Shown one piece after another: positions 28,025 through 35,801 of a DNA stretch of 42,015 nucleotides. The notes beneath the pieces are model-generated. The model did no database searches and was not told the origin of the DNA. It was given only the letters and a program-made list of their open reading frames with translations. This DNA comes from a virus (lineage: Duplodnaviria; Caudoviricetes). Numbering within the stretch: the first letter of the stretch is position 1; each line of letters begins with the position of its first letter. The translations under genes were made by a program, and so were the position numbers. The stretch spans positions 1 through 42,015 of the IMG/VR virus record IMGVR_UViG_3300049144_000094. One strand, written 5' to 3'.

Positions 28025-29701
28025 ATGCCGGTCGGCATCGGCTCGCCGCACGTCACGAAACCGCCCCTGCAGCTCGCCGCCGGGCAGCACCAGGCGTTCC
28101 CCGGCGTCACCCGCGGCCGGGACGGCCAGGTGTGGGCAGTGTGGCGCTCAGGCAGCGACCACTACGCGGCGCGGGACGGCATCATCAAGGTGTCGACGTC
28201 CCCGGACGAGGGTCGGACCTGGACGTCCGACGCGACGCTCGTCGGGCCGACGTCCGGCGTCGACTACCGCGACCCCTCGATCACGGCGTCCCGGGACGGC
28301 AGCCGGCTCTGGCTCACCTACTTCAAGGGCACCGCGGCGCTGAACGCGGCCGGGGTGTTCGTCCGCACCTCGACCGACGGCGGCGCGTCGTGGGGCGCCG
28401 AAACCCGGGTCGACGGCCTCGCGTACGCCGCGGTCACCGCGCCGGTCGTCGAGCTGTCCGACGGCACACTGAAGTTGCCGTACTACGGCAAGGCCAGCAC
28501 GGGCCTCACCCGCGACTCGGTGTGGCTCGCCACCTCGAGCGACGGCGGCGCGTCGTGGACGAACACGATCCTGTTCAACGGGGTCGCCGACGGCCACGAC
28601 TACCAGGAACCCGTCATCGTCGCCGACCCGGCCAGTGACAGCGCGCTCGTCCTGATGTGCCGCTGGGGAAACGCCTACGCCATCGCCGCGTCCTGGTCGT
28701 ACGACAACGGCCGCTCCTGGGAGGGCATCGCGACCGTGTTCGGCGGGTCCGGCCGCCCGACTCCCCTGTTCCTCGACGATGCCCTGGTCGTGCTCTACCG
28801 CGAGATCCCCACCCGCGCGACCACCGCGCGCGTCAGCCGCGACGGCGGCCAGACCTGGGCGGGCGCGGCGCGGCTGACGTGGCCCGGCGGGGCCGGCGCG
28901 TTGTCGACGTACACCGCGGCGCTGCCGGCTGGGCCGGGCCAGGCGCTGCTCGTGCAGTCCGACGAGATCGCCGCGGGGGCCACGTCGACCGTCAACGTCC
29001 GCTACCTGACCCTCGGCGGCGCGGCGACGCCGCTCGGCACAACACCCAGCGATGTGGAGGCCGCGGTGAGCGACTACGACGACATCATCTGGGCCGACCG
29101 GTTCCGCGCCCCGGAGGGCCCGCTCCCGGCTCCCTGGCAGGTCGTCAACGGTGGGCTGTCGATCAGCGGCGGCGAGGTCGGCGGCGACGGCGACGGCACA
29201 CCGGACCGCGCGGTGCTCGATGTGGGCGTCTCGGACGTGGCGGTCGAGCTCGACTTCAGCTGGAGCCCGAACTCGCGGCAACTGGGGATGGGCATCGTGC
29301 TGCGGTACGCCGACGCCCGGAACTTCATCATGGCGACGTTCGAGAGCATCGTGAACGGCGGCTCGGCGGCCGGGTACCCGGGGGCGTTCAACCTGTACCG
29401 GTACCTCAACGGGACGCTGTACCGGTGGCAGAGCGGCGCCTGGACGACGAGCCTGTCCGGCCCGACCGCGCAGATGGGTGCGGGTGGCCTGCCGGCGCTC
29501 TTCGCGAACTCGTGGCACCGCCTGCGTGTGGAGGCGCGCGGGGCGGCGATCGAGACGGCCATCGACGGTGTGCCGATGATGTGGGCCAACGACCAGGCGG
29601 ACGCGTCGACAGTGATCGGCTCGGCGACGAAGCACGGGTTCCAGATCAACCCGGCGGGCGGCTACTCGCAGAGCATTCGGCGGTTCGTAGCGAGGGCCTG
29701 A
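28025..29701 (+). CDS. BNR/Asp-box sialidase-like beta-propeller with C-terminal ConA-like domain
   Basis: Five Asp boxes (SPDEGRTW, STDGGASW, SSDGGASW, SYDNGRSW, SRDGGQTW); C-terminal WHRLRVEARG..I...IDG. Confidence 0.85.
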   Translation: MPVGIGSPHVTKPPLQLAAGQHQAFPGVTRGRDGQVWAVWRSGSDHYAARDGIIKVSTSPDEGRTWTSDATLVGPTSGVDYRDPSITASRDGSRLWLTYFKGTAALNAAGVFVRTSTDGGASWGAETRVDGLAYAAVTAPVVELSDGTLKLPYYGKASTGLTRDSVWLATSSDGGASWTNTILFNGVADGHDYQEPVIVADPASDSALVLMCRWGNAYAIAASWSYDNGRSWEGIATVFGGSGRPTPLFLDDALVVLYREIPTRATTARVSRDGGQTWAGAARLTWPGGAGALSTYTAALPAGPGQALLVQSDEIAAGATSTVNVRYLTLGGAATPLGTTPSDVEAAVSDYDDIIWADRFRAPEGPLPAPWQVVNGGLSISGGEVGGDGDGTPDRAVLDVGVSDVAVELDFSWSPNSRQLGMGIVLRYADARNFIMATFESIVNGGSAAGYPGAFNLYRYLNGTLYRWQSGAWTTSLSGPTAQMGAGGLPALFANSWHRLRVEARGAAIETAIDGVPMMWANDQADASTVIGSATKHGFQINPAGGYSQSIRRFVARA

Positions 29702-29713
29702 GGTTGCGCGACT

Positions 29714-29975
29714 GGCATGGCGCTGAACATGGTCAAATCCATGTTTTCCCCATGCCTTTCGCTCCCCCCATCCCGCTCCGTTATGCTCCGTGATGCCCCG
29801 CTGGGTCACCTTCAAACCCTGTGTACGCACCAAGATGCTCCGCTGCGCCCCCCTGCGCCCCGGAAACCGCAGAAACCAATCTTCTTCACGAACATGATAC
29901 TATGCGCAGGATATACGCAGGTCAAAAGGGTGGGCACCAGGTAGGACCCGGCATATCCATGCCTAATCCATGCTT
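29714..29975. promoter_or_regulatory. attP-like region
   Basis: Non-coding region just upstream of int; CCATG pairs at both ends and two 10-bp-period triplets inside. Confidence 0.65.
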
Positions 29976-29988
29976 TACGGAGATGACC

Positions 29989-31383
29989 ATGCCACGGAAA
30001 CCACTGCCGCTCGGCACCCACGGCGACATCCGGCTCTACGGACGCATCGAGGGCAAGTGGGTCCCGCGCGCCGACATCCCGAAGGGCGTCCGCCTCAACC
30101 AGTGGCGCGCGATCACGAACTACCGCGGCCACGACGGCGTGACTCGCCAAGTCGAACGCGGCGGCGTCAGCATCAGCGACGCCACCAACCGGCTACGCAA
30201 ACATCTCACCGCGAAGAACGCCGCTCGCTCCGTCCTCACCGTCTCCGCCGCCAGCGACGGCACGGCAGCCACCAGCGTCGACCGGTTCCTGCTCACCCTG
30301 CTACCCCACCTCAACCGGTCCGCCGAACTGGCTGCGACGTCCCGCGTCATCGACGCCGTCCCTGCCTACCTCGCGCGCATCAAGGACGAATGCGCGCCCA
30401 CCACGTGCGACCGCTACGTCAGCGTGCTCCGCACACACGTTGTCCCCGGCATCGGCCAGCTCACGTTCTCCGAGTGTTCCGTCCCCCGACTGCAGCAGTT
30501 CGACACCGAACTGGTCAGCAACCGCCACCACCGTGCTGGGCCCGGCAAAAAGCGGCCAAAGCCGACGAAGCTGGCCCCCAAGACCCGCAGCGTCGTCCGC
30601 GAAGTCGTCCGCGGGCTCATGCAGATCGCGGTCGACGCCGGCGTCCTGGACCACAACCCGGTCGGGTCGATGCGTCGCATCCGTGGCGGCACGCAGACGC
30701 CGGCCCGGGCCATGAACGCGGTCGCGGTCCCCGAGTTCTTCGCCAAGCTCGACGCCGACAAGCATGCCCGCATCGCCGACTTGCCCACGATCGTCCGGAC
30801 CCTGTTCGGCCTCGGTTGCCGAATCGGGGAAGCCATGGCTCTGTGCTGGCTGTACGTCAACCTCAGCGACGAGCCGGTCGAACGGGTTGCCTTCGCCGGA
30901 ACACCGCGGGAGAAGGTCCGGGTCATTCCGCCCCGCTCCGTGTGGATCAACGCGACGATCAGCGACCCGGTCGGCCAGCCGCCGAGCCGCACGCCGGTGA
31001 AGTCGAAGCGTTCCGACCGGGTCGTCGCGATCCCCGAGTTCCTCCTGCTTGCGCTGGCGATGCGCAAGGACGCCAGTACCCGAGACGACGAACCGGTGTT
31101 CCTCAACCCGGGGCAGTCGTTGTGGCGGTCACCGAAGCGCGTCGGCGCCGCGATTGGGACGCTGCGGCAGCGCATCGGCTACCCGGACTTCAAGAGCCAC
31201 GCGGGACGCAAGACGGCCTCGACCGTGCTGTACCGCAACGGTATGTCGGTAACGGACTTGGCCGACCAATTCGGACACGCCTCCGGCGACTTCACCCGCA
31301 GCAACTACGTCGACCCGGGGACCGCGAACCCGGAAGCCGCCATCATCCTGGATCGCGCTCTCAGCGGCATCGCCGACGAATGA
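29989..31383 (+). CDS. int: tyrosine integrase
   Basis: Catalytic set LGCRIGEA (R), VKS (K), SHAGR (HxxR), FGHA (H), SNYV (Y); GGAG RBS. Confidence 0.95.
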   Translation: MPRKPLPLGTHGDIRLYGRIEGKWVPRADIPKGVRLNQWRAITNYRGHDGVTRQVERGGVSISDATNRLRKHLTAKNAARSVLTVSAASDGTAATSVDRFLLTLLPHLNRSAELAATSRVIDAVPAYLARIKDECAPTTCDRYVSVLRTHVVPGIGQLTFSECSVPRLQQFDTELVSNRHHRAGPGKKRPKPTKLAPKTRSVVREVVRGLMQIAVDAGVLDHNPVGSMRRIRGGTQTPARAMNAVAVPEFFAKLDADKHARIADLPTIVRTLFGLGCRIGEAMALCWLYVNLSDEPVERVAFAGTPREKVRVIPPRSVWINATISDPVGQPPSRTPVKSKRSDRVVAIPEFLLLALAMRKDASTRDDEPVFLNPGQSLWRSPKRVGAAIGTLRQRIGYPDFKSHAGRKTASTVLYRNGMSVTDLADQFGHASGDFTRSNYVDPGTANPEAAIILDRALSGIADE

Positions 31384-31434
31384 CGAAAGGGCGGGAGCGT
31401 CAACCCCTTGCGGGGGAGCTCCCGCCCTTTCGTC
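31382..31434. terminator. bidirectional terminator between int and the convergent cassette
   Basis: Perfect 17-bp stem GACGAAAGGGCGGGAGC / GCTCCCGCCCTTTCGTC. Confidence 0.8.
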
Positions 31435-31507
31435 GTTTCGCCACGCTCCCCAGCCCAGGGAGCGACGCGCCGCCCGGACAGCGTAGCGGACACCCCCGAC
31501 AGAATCC

Positions 31508-32368
31508 TCAGTCGATGCGGCCGGCGATGTCGCGGATCAGGCTCATCGACGCCGCGCGATCCAGCGCCACCGCGTCGAGCATCTCGAACTGCGCGATGTA
31601 CGCCTCGACCTGTCGCGGGTCGACGACATCCTGCGACCCGACCTGCTGCTCGAGCGACACCACGTCCTTGTCGCGGATCTTGAACGTCGCCATCGGGAAG
31701 ATCGGCCACACCGCCGTACGCGGCACGACCCGGATGTCGACTGCCTTCAGCTCGTGCATGAGCTCGACGAGATGGTAGAGCTGCTCGACGAGCGTCTCGG
31801 CAGCGCCGTAGCGAGTCCACAGCACGGCCTCGGCGAACACGAAGTGGAACTCGCGGCCCTCGTCGCGCAGCACCGCCTGCCGCTTCAGCCGCTGCTCGAC
31901 GATCCAGTCGAGCGACGCGTCGTCCGAGCCACCCCAGTTCCGCGGTCCGCCCGGCGCGCGGATGACGTCCCGCGCGTACGCGTGGGTCTGCAGCAGACCG
32001 GGGACGATGCCGAGCACCAGCTGCCGCGTGACGGTGGTGTTCTGGTCAAGGTCGGCCAGCATCTTCTGCACCTGGCCGCCGCCACCGCGCGCGTAGAACT
32101 CGTCTCGCCAGCTCTGGTACTCGGACGCGGCCAGCCGGGCCAGCTCGACCAGCTCGACACGGACCGTCTTCCCAGCATCGAGGGCGCCGGCGATGGCGAC
32201 GACGTCCTCGCGGGAGGCGATGTAGACGGCGTTGAGCAACTTCGACACGCGGGACTGGGGCCAACCTAGCCGGCGGGCGAGCTCGCTGCCGGAGACCTCG
32301 GCACTGCGGGTCAGCTCTTTCAGGCGGTTGGCCAGCCGCTTCTGGTGGTCGCCGATGGGCCTCGCCAC
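31508..32368 (-). CDS. XRE HTH + DUF5753 regulator (Scr1/WhiJ-like)
   Basis: SGSELARRLGWPQSRVSKL HTH; VPGLLQTHAYAR, RLKRQAVL, EAVL, QLYHL, Y...F..L...AL....S..LI. Confidence 0.9.
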   Translation of the reverse strand: MARPIGDHQKRLANRLKELTRSAEVSGSELARRLGWPQSRVSKLLNAVYIASREDVVAIAGALDAGKTVRVELVELARLAASEYQSWRDEFYARGGGGQVQKMLADLDQNTTVTRQLVLGIVPGLLQTHAYARDVIRAPGGPRNWGGSDDASLDWIVEQRLKRQAVLRDEGREFHFVFAEAVLWTRYGAAETLVEQLYHLVELMHELKAVDIRVVPRTAVWPIFPMATFKIRDKDVVSLEQQVGSQDVVDPRQVEAYIAQFEMLDAVALDRAASMSLIRDIAGRID

Positions 32369-32384
32369 GGTCTCCCCTCCCTTC

Positions 32385-32963
32385 TCAGCTCATCGCCGCG
32401 ACGATGGCGGCCAACTCGGGCCGGGACTCGATGTACGTGCGCCACGGCACCGCGACGTCGAGCGCGACGTCGCGCCACACCCGCGCCCGGTGAATCCGTG
32501 TCCGGTCCTGATCGTCGACAGGGTGCACGCCGATCCACGACCGCGCGGCGTCGCTGGCGTATTCCATCTCGTAGAGGTGGTCGTCGAGCAGCCAGAAGTC
32601 GTAGTCCTGCGGGAACGGTTTCGGCCACGGCGTGCTGTCGTCGACCGCGATGATGGCGATGTGCTCGCCCGCGTCGACGTTCGGCGCGTACGCCCAGGTG
32701 AGCTCGAACCGCATGTAGGCGGTGAGCGGCTCGCGGACGATGTGGACACGGCTCATCGTGGCGCCGGCCGCGCGGGCGCGGGCGATGTTGCTCAGCCAGC
32801 GTTCCTTACCGGGCGGTCGGACGTACGGCTGTCCGGCGAGGAACGCGTCGAACGCGGCGTCCTCGCCGGACTGGCCGTACGACTGCAGCGTCTCCAGTCG
32901 GAACGCGGACCGCTCGAAGGTCGCGAACAGCTGCCGGAGTTCCGCCGATCCGGGCCTGATCAA
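32385..32963 (-). CDS. DUF6879-like protein
   Basis: FERSAFRLETLQSY, MSRVHIVREPLTAYMRFE, NVDAGE.I, DFWLLDD; TTG start overlaps the upstream stop (TTGA). Confidence 0.8.
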   Translation of the reverse strand: MIRPGSAELRQLFATFERSAFRLETLQSYGQSGEDAAFDAFLAGQPYVRPPGKERWLSNIARARAAGATMSRVHIVREPLTAYMRFELTWAYAPNVDAGEHIAIIAVDDSTPWPKPFPQDYDFWLLDDHLYEMEYASDAARSWIGVHPVDDQDRTRIHRARVWRDVALDVAVPWRTYIESRPELAAIVAAMS

Positions 32964-33175
32964 ACCAGGCCGCGTTCCTTGGCGATCGCCATGGCGCGCA
33001 CCACGATCTCCGGGGAGAGCTTCACTCCGCCCTCGCCCGGGAGGAAGCTCGGCAGCAAGGAGTTGTCGACGTGCTCCCCCTGCACCACGAATGTGCCGTC
33101 GTCCGCGTCGTAGTGCACTGAGGGGCAGCCGTCGTCGCCGCTGTTCCCGTCCTTCGCCAGCAGTTCCAGCCTCAT
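32960..33175 (-). CDS. 71-aa partner protein (DUF397-like pattern)
   Basis: MRLELLAKDGNSGDDGCPSVHYDADDGTFVVQG; GAAAGG RBS. Confidence 0.75.
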   Translation of the reverse strand: MRLELLAKDGNSGDDGCPSVHYDADDGTFVVQGEHVDNSLLPSFLPGEGGVKLSPEIVVRAMAIAKERGLV

Positions 33176-33188
33176 GTCCCGACCTTTC

Positions 33189-33298
33189 TATGCGCGGGAT
33201 ATTCCGCCCTCTCATGGTGTCTCCTCGCGTCACTGATGGTCAACAGGTCACCGATCCGGACTAACTTTCTTGACCCCGGAATATCCCTAGCATACCTT
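33189..33298. promoter_or_regulatory. divergent promoter pair with an 18-bp operator-like inverted repeat
   Basis: Minus strand TTGACC(33243-38)-N18-CACCAT; plus strand TTGACC(33270-75)-N17-TACCTT; repeats at 33189-33206 and 33277-33294 match at 16/18. Confidence 0.7.
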
Positions 33299-33347
33299 GA
33301 GGCGACGGTCGCCTAGCAGCCACTCACGCAGGTGAACCTCACGAACA

Positions 33348-33390
33348 GCCGCAGGTTCGGGATGACCCCGACACCTCCCGAACCTGCGGC
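33348..33390 (+). terminator. 15-bp perfect hairpin (terminator/attenuator or sRNA structure)
   Basis: GCCGCAGGTTCGGGA-N13-TCCCGAACCTGCGGC. Confidence 0.65.
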
Positions 33391-33643
33391 ATCCACACCA
33401 GATCGACCGAATGGCTCCGATTTGTAACGCTGCGGCGTCCCGCCTAGCCCGGATTGCTCCATATGGTTAGAACCACTCATGCGGGATGCGTAACGAATGA
33501 CGCGATGGTGGACTAAAAGGCCGTCGCTGTCACAAGTGGAACATGGGCGCAGCGGCCGCGACACTCGATCCCAACCACGGTCGCGCGTCATACCGGGAGA
33601 CGAGGTTGCTCCACACTGGGGGCCACACGAGGAGGGCGTAGGC

Positions 33644-33898
33644 ATGACGCAGATGAGAGTCTCGCCGAGCACCACAGAGGACACCATCAACGACATCGCG
33701 AGCCAGCTCCACGCCGCACTCGCCGATGCAGGCACCATCGGCAGCTACCTCATCATCGCCAACGCCTTCAAGTTCGAGGACACCGGACTCCGCGCCACCG
33801 GGGCCACCATCTGCTCCGAGGGCCTCAACTCTCAGCAGCGCATCCAGATGCTCGAAAAAGCCCTCGAGCACGAACGCAGCATGCTCGCCGACGCCTGA
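33644..33898 (+). CDS. hypothetical protein (84 aa)
   Basis: GAGGAGG RBS before ATG33644; convergent with the repressor. Confidence 0.65.
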   Translation: MTQMRVSPSTTEDTINDIASQLHAALADAGTIGSYLIIANAFKFEDTGLRATGATICSEGLNSQQRIQMLEKALEHERSMLADA

Positions 33899-33900
33899 CG

Positions 33901-34413
33901 TCAGCGCTCCTGCGGCGCCGGCGTCGCGTCGTACACCGCGACCGTGCCGACCGGCGGCAACTCCGGAACGTTCCCCACAGCCCCATCCGTCCGCGCGCCG
34001 ACCGCCGAAGCGAGCCGGCGCAGCAGTGTGATCATGGCGTCGTGGGTCTCCGCGTCCAGCTGCGCGAACAAGCCGAGGATCTCGCGCTCCCCCACCGTGC
34101 GGCCGCCGGATCGCGCCGCGGGCGCCTTCGCCGGGTCGAGACCGGCCAGCCGCAGAGCCTCTGCTGGGTCCATGCCGACAACCTTCGCGGCCGCGATGAC
34201 GTTTTCCTCGCGCGGGGTGTAATCGATCTGCTGGCCAGCGGCGACGGTCTTGTAGCCCTTCTCGAGGGCGGACCAGGTCGCGGTTGAGAACCCGGCGGCC
34301 GTGCTGGCGTCGCGGATACTGAGCTTGGCCTTCTCGCGGAGCTGGGTCAGCTTCGGCCCAAGCGGCCAGGGGCGCGGATGACCGCGTCGTGAGGGCGTCA
34401 CGCTGTGCATCAT
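33901..34413 (-). CDS. immunity repressor (XRE HTH)
   Basis: LTQLREKAKLSIRDASTAAGFSTATWSALEKG; divergent from the Cro-like gene; start uncertain. Confidence 0.8.
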   Translation of the reverse strand: MMHSVTPSRRGHPRPWPLGPKLTQLREKAKLSIRDASTAAGFSTATWSALEKGYKTVAAGQQIDYTPREENVIAAAKVVGMDPAEALRLAGLDPAKAPAARSGGRTVGEREILGLFAQLDAETHDAMITLLRRLASAVGARTDGAVGNVPELPPVGTVAVYDATPAPQER

Positions 34414-34494
34414 CGCGCACACACCACTCGAACGCGATGCGTCCATTTGTTCGAACTTTTCGGGTTACGCAGGTCAGGCCGTGTTTTCTTCGCG

Positions 34495-34545
34495 AACCTT
34501 CTGTAAATATTGCGTGGTTACAGAAGTTTACGTACGCTTCTGCCC
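34495..34545 (+). promoter_or_regulatory. early lytic promoter with palindromic operator (leaderless cro)
   Basis: TTGCGT(34510)-N17-TACGCT(34533), ATG 7 nt later; CAGAAGtTTACGTAcgCTTCTG at 34521-34542; extra inverted half-site at 34495-34507. Confidence 0.75.
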
Positions 34546-34983
34546 ATGACCACCACCGCCACCCGTCCCTGGACCTCCCTCAAGCGCCTCCTCGACCTCG
34601 ATGGCCACTGGACCCACGAACGCCTCGCCGAAGCCACCGGCTACTCCAAGGCCTACATCACCCAGCTCCTCACCGGGCACCGCGCGCCGACCCGCACCGT
34701 GATCGAGAAGTTCGCCGCGCTGCTGCGCGTGCCGAAGACGATGATCGAGGCGGCGCATCCGCTGAACCGCATCTCCTGGCGGCTCGACGAGGTCGCCGGC
34801 ATGACCGGCCTCGCCGAGGACGCCGTGCTGCAGCTGGTGCAGACCGGCGAGCTGAGCGCGAAGGCCGCGAACGGCACGCTCCTCGTGACCGACGCGGCGA
34901 TCACGCAGTTCTTCTCCGACCACGCCGACGACGCGAACGCGCCCGCCGGGGCTGTGCCGGAGCAGCGAGGTGAGGTCGCATGA
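34546..34983 (+). CDS. Cro-like HTH fused to a Xis-like HTH domain
   Basis: WTHERLAEATGYSKAYITQLLTGHRAP (XRE) plus SWRLDEVAGMTGL...LVQTGELSAK...LLV (excisionase-like). Confidence 0.75.
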   Translation: MTTTATRPWTSLKRLLDLDGHWTHERLAEATGYSKAYITQLLTGHRAPTRTVIEKFAALLRVPKTMIEAAHPLNRISWRLDEVAGMTGLAEDAVLQLVQTGELSAKAANGTLLVTDAAITQFFSDHADDANAPAGAVPEQRGEVA

Positions 34984-35204
34984 GCGACACCACCCCGGTT
35001 GTCGAGGGCATCAGCCCGACCGCGCTGTACACGCCGCGGCAGGTCGGCGAGTTCATCGGCGTGTCGAAGTGGACGGTGCACGCGATGTGCGCGCGTGGCG
35101 ACATCCGGGCCCGCCGCGTCGGGAACCGCTGGAAGGTCTCCGGCGCGAACGTCATCGCGTTCATCACCGGCGCCGACAACCAGCCCGCCGCGGACGCGTC
35201 ATGA
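34980..35204 (+). CDS. xis: excisionase-like HTH protein
   Basis: LYTPRQVGEFIGVSKWTVHAMCARGDIRARRVGNRWKV. Confidence 0.85.
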   Translation: MSDTTPVVEGISPTALYTPRQVGEFIGVSKWTVHAMCARGDIRARRVGNRWKVSGANVIAFITGADNQPAADAS

Positions 35205-35308
35205 CCGGCCCCGAGGAAGAGACCACGCGGGGCTGGCTCGGCGGCGTCTCCGTCATCGCCGTGATCCTCCTGTGCCTGTTCATCGCTGGCCTGCTGGTGC
35301 GTGCGTGA
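35201..35308 (+). CDS. 35-aa single-TM peptide
   Basis: ATGA coupling; GVSVIAVILLCLFIAGLLV. Confidence 0.55.
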   Translation: MTGPEEETTRGWLGGVSVIAVILLCLFIAGLLVRA

Positions 35309-35499
35309 TGACCAAGGGAATCCGCGTCACGGTCGAGGACCTGGAGACCGGCGAGAAGGCAACGCGCGAAGTGGTGCCGGGCGACTACATCCTCATTCCG
35401 CTCGCGCCGTGCTACCTCGACGGCATTCAGCGGTACCCAAGCAAGGGCACCACGGTCCTCACGCTGAAGGACAACACCCCGCAGGCCGAGGGTGCGTGA
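35308..35499 (+). CDS. hypothetical protein (63 aa)
   Basis: TGATG coupling at both ends. Confidence 0.65.
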   Translation: MTKGIRVTVEDLETGEKATREVVPGDYILIPLAPCYLDGIQRYPSKGTTVLTLKDNTPQAEGA

Positions 35500-35801
35500 T
35501 GACCCGAGACGAACTGATCGAGAAGGTCGCGCAGGTCCTGCACGAGGCCCGACACCCGGACTGGAAGTGCCCGGGGCCCGAAGCGAAGGACCGGAAGGCG
35601 GCCCTCGCGCTCGCCGACGCCAGTCTGCTCGCCGACATCGAGCGGGACGAGCTGCAGGCCCGCCTCGACCGCGTGACCGCCGTGCTCGCGCGGCCGTGGC
35701 CGGACGACGAGGACCACCACGACTTCGTCAGCCAGCAAGTCGAAGACGCCCGCGCCGCGCTGCAGGGCGACCAGCCCACCGAGCCGGGAGCCGCGACGTG
35801 A
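35499..35801 (+). CDS. hypothetical protein (100 aa)
   Basis: TGATG coupling; MTRDELIEKVAQVLH. Confidence 0.65.
   Translation: MTRDELIEKVAQVLHEARHPDWKCPGPEAKDRKAALALADASLLADIERDELQARLDRVTAVLARPWPDDEDHHDFVSQQVEDARAALQGDQPTEPGAAT

Noticed and set aside
18506-29701. Diversity-generating retroelement or invertible tail-fibre system
   Set aside because: No reverse transcriptase, invertase or TR/VR repeat pair was seen
29801-29832. tRNA-like 3' end (TTCAAACCCTGTGTACGCACCA) as att core or tRNA gene
   Set aside because: The 5' side of the T-stem does not pair and the acceptor strand is one base short; kept only as a weak att-core candidate
33332-33427. 31-codon GTG ORF across the hairpin
   Set aside because: No clear RBS and atypical codons; a leader peptide cannot be excluded but is not supported
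34426-34456. Actinobacterial LexA box (TCGAAC-N4-GTTCGA) upstream of the repressor
   Set aside because: The half-sites are present but about 17 nt apart instead of 4
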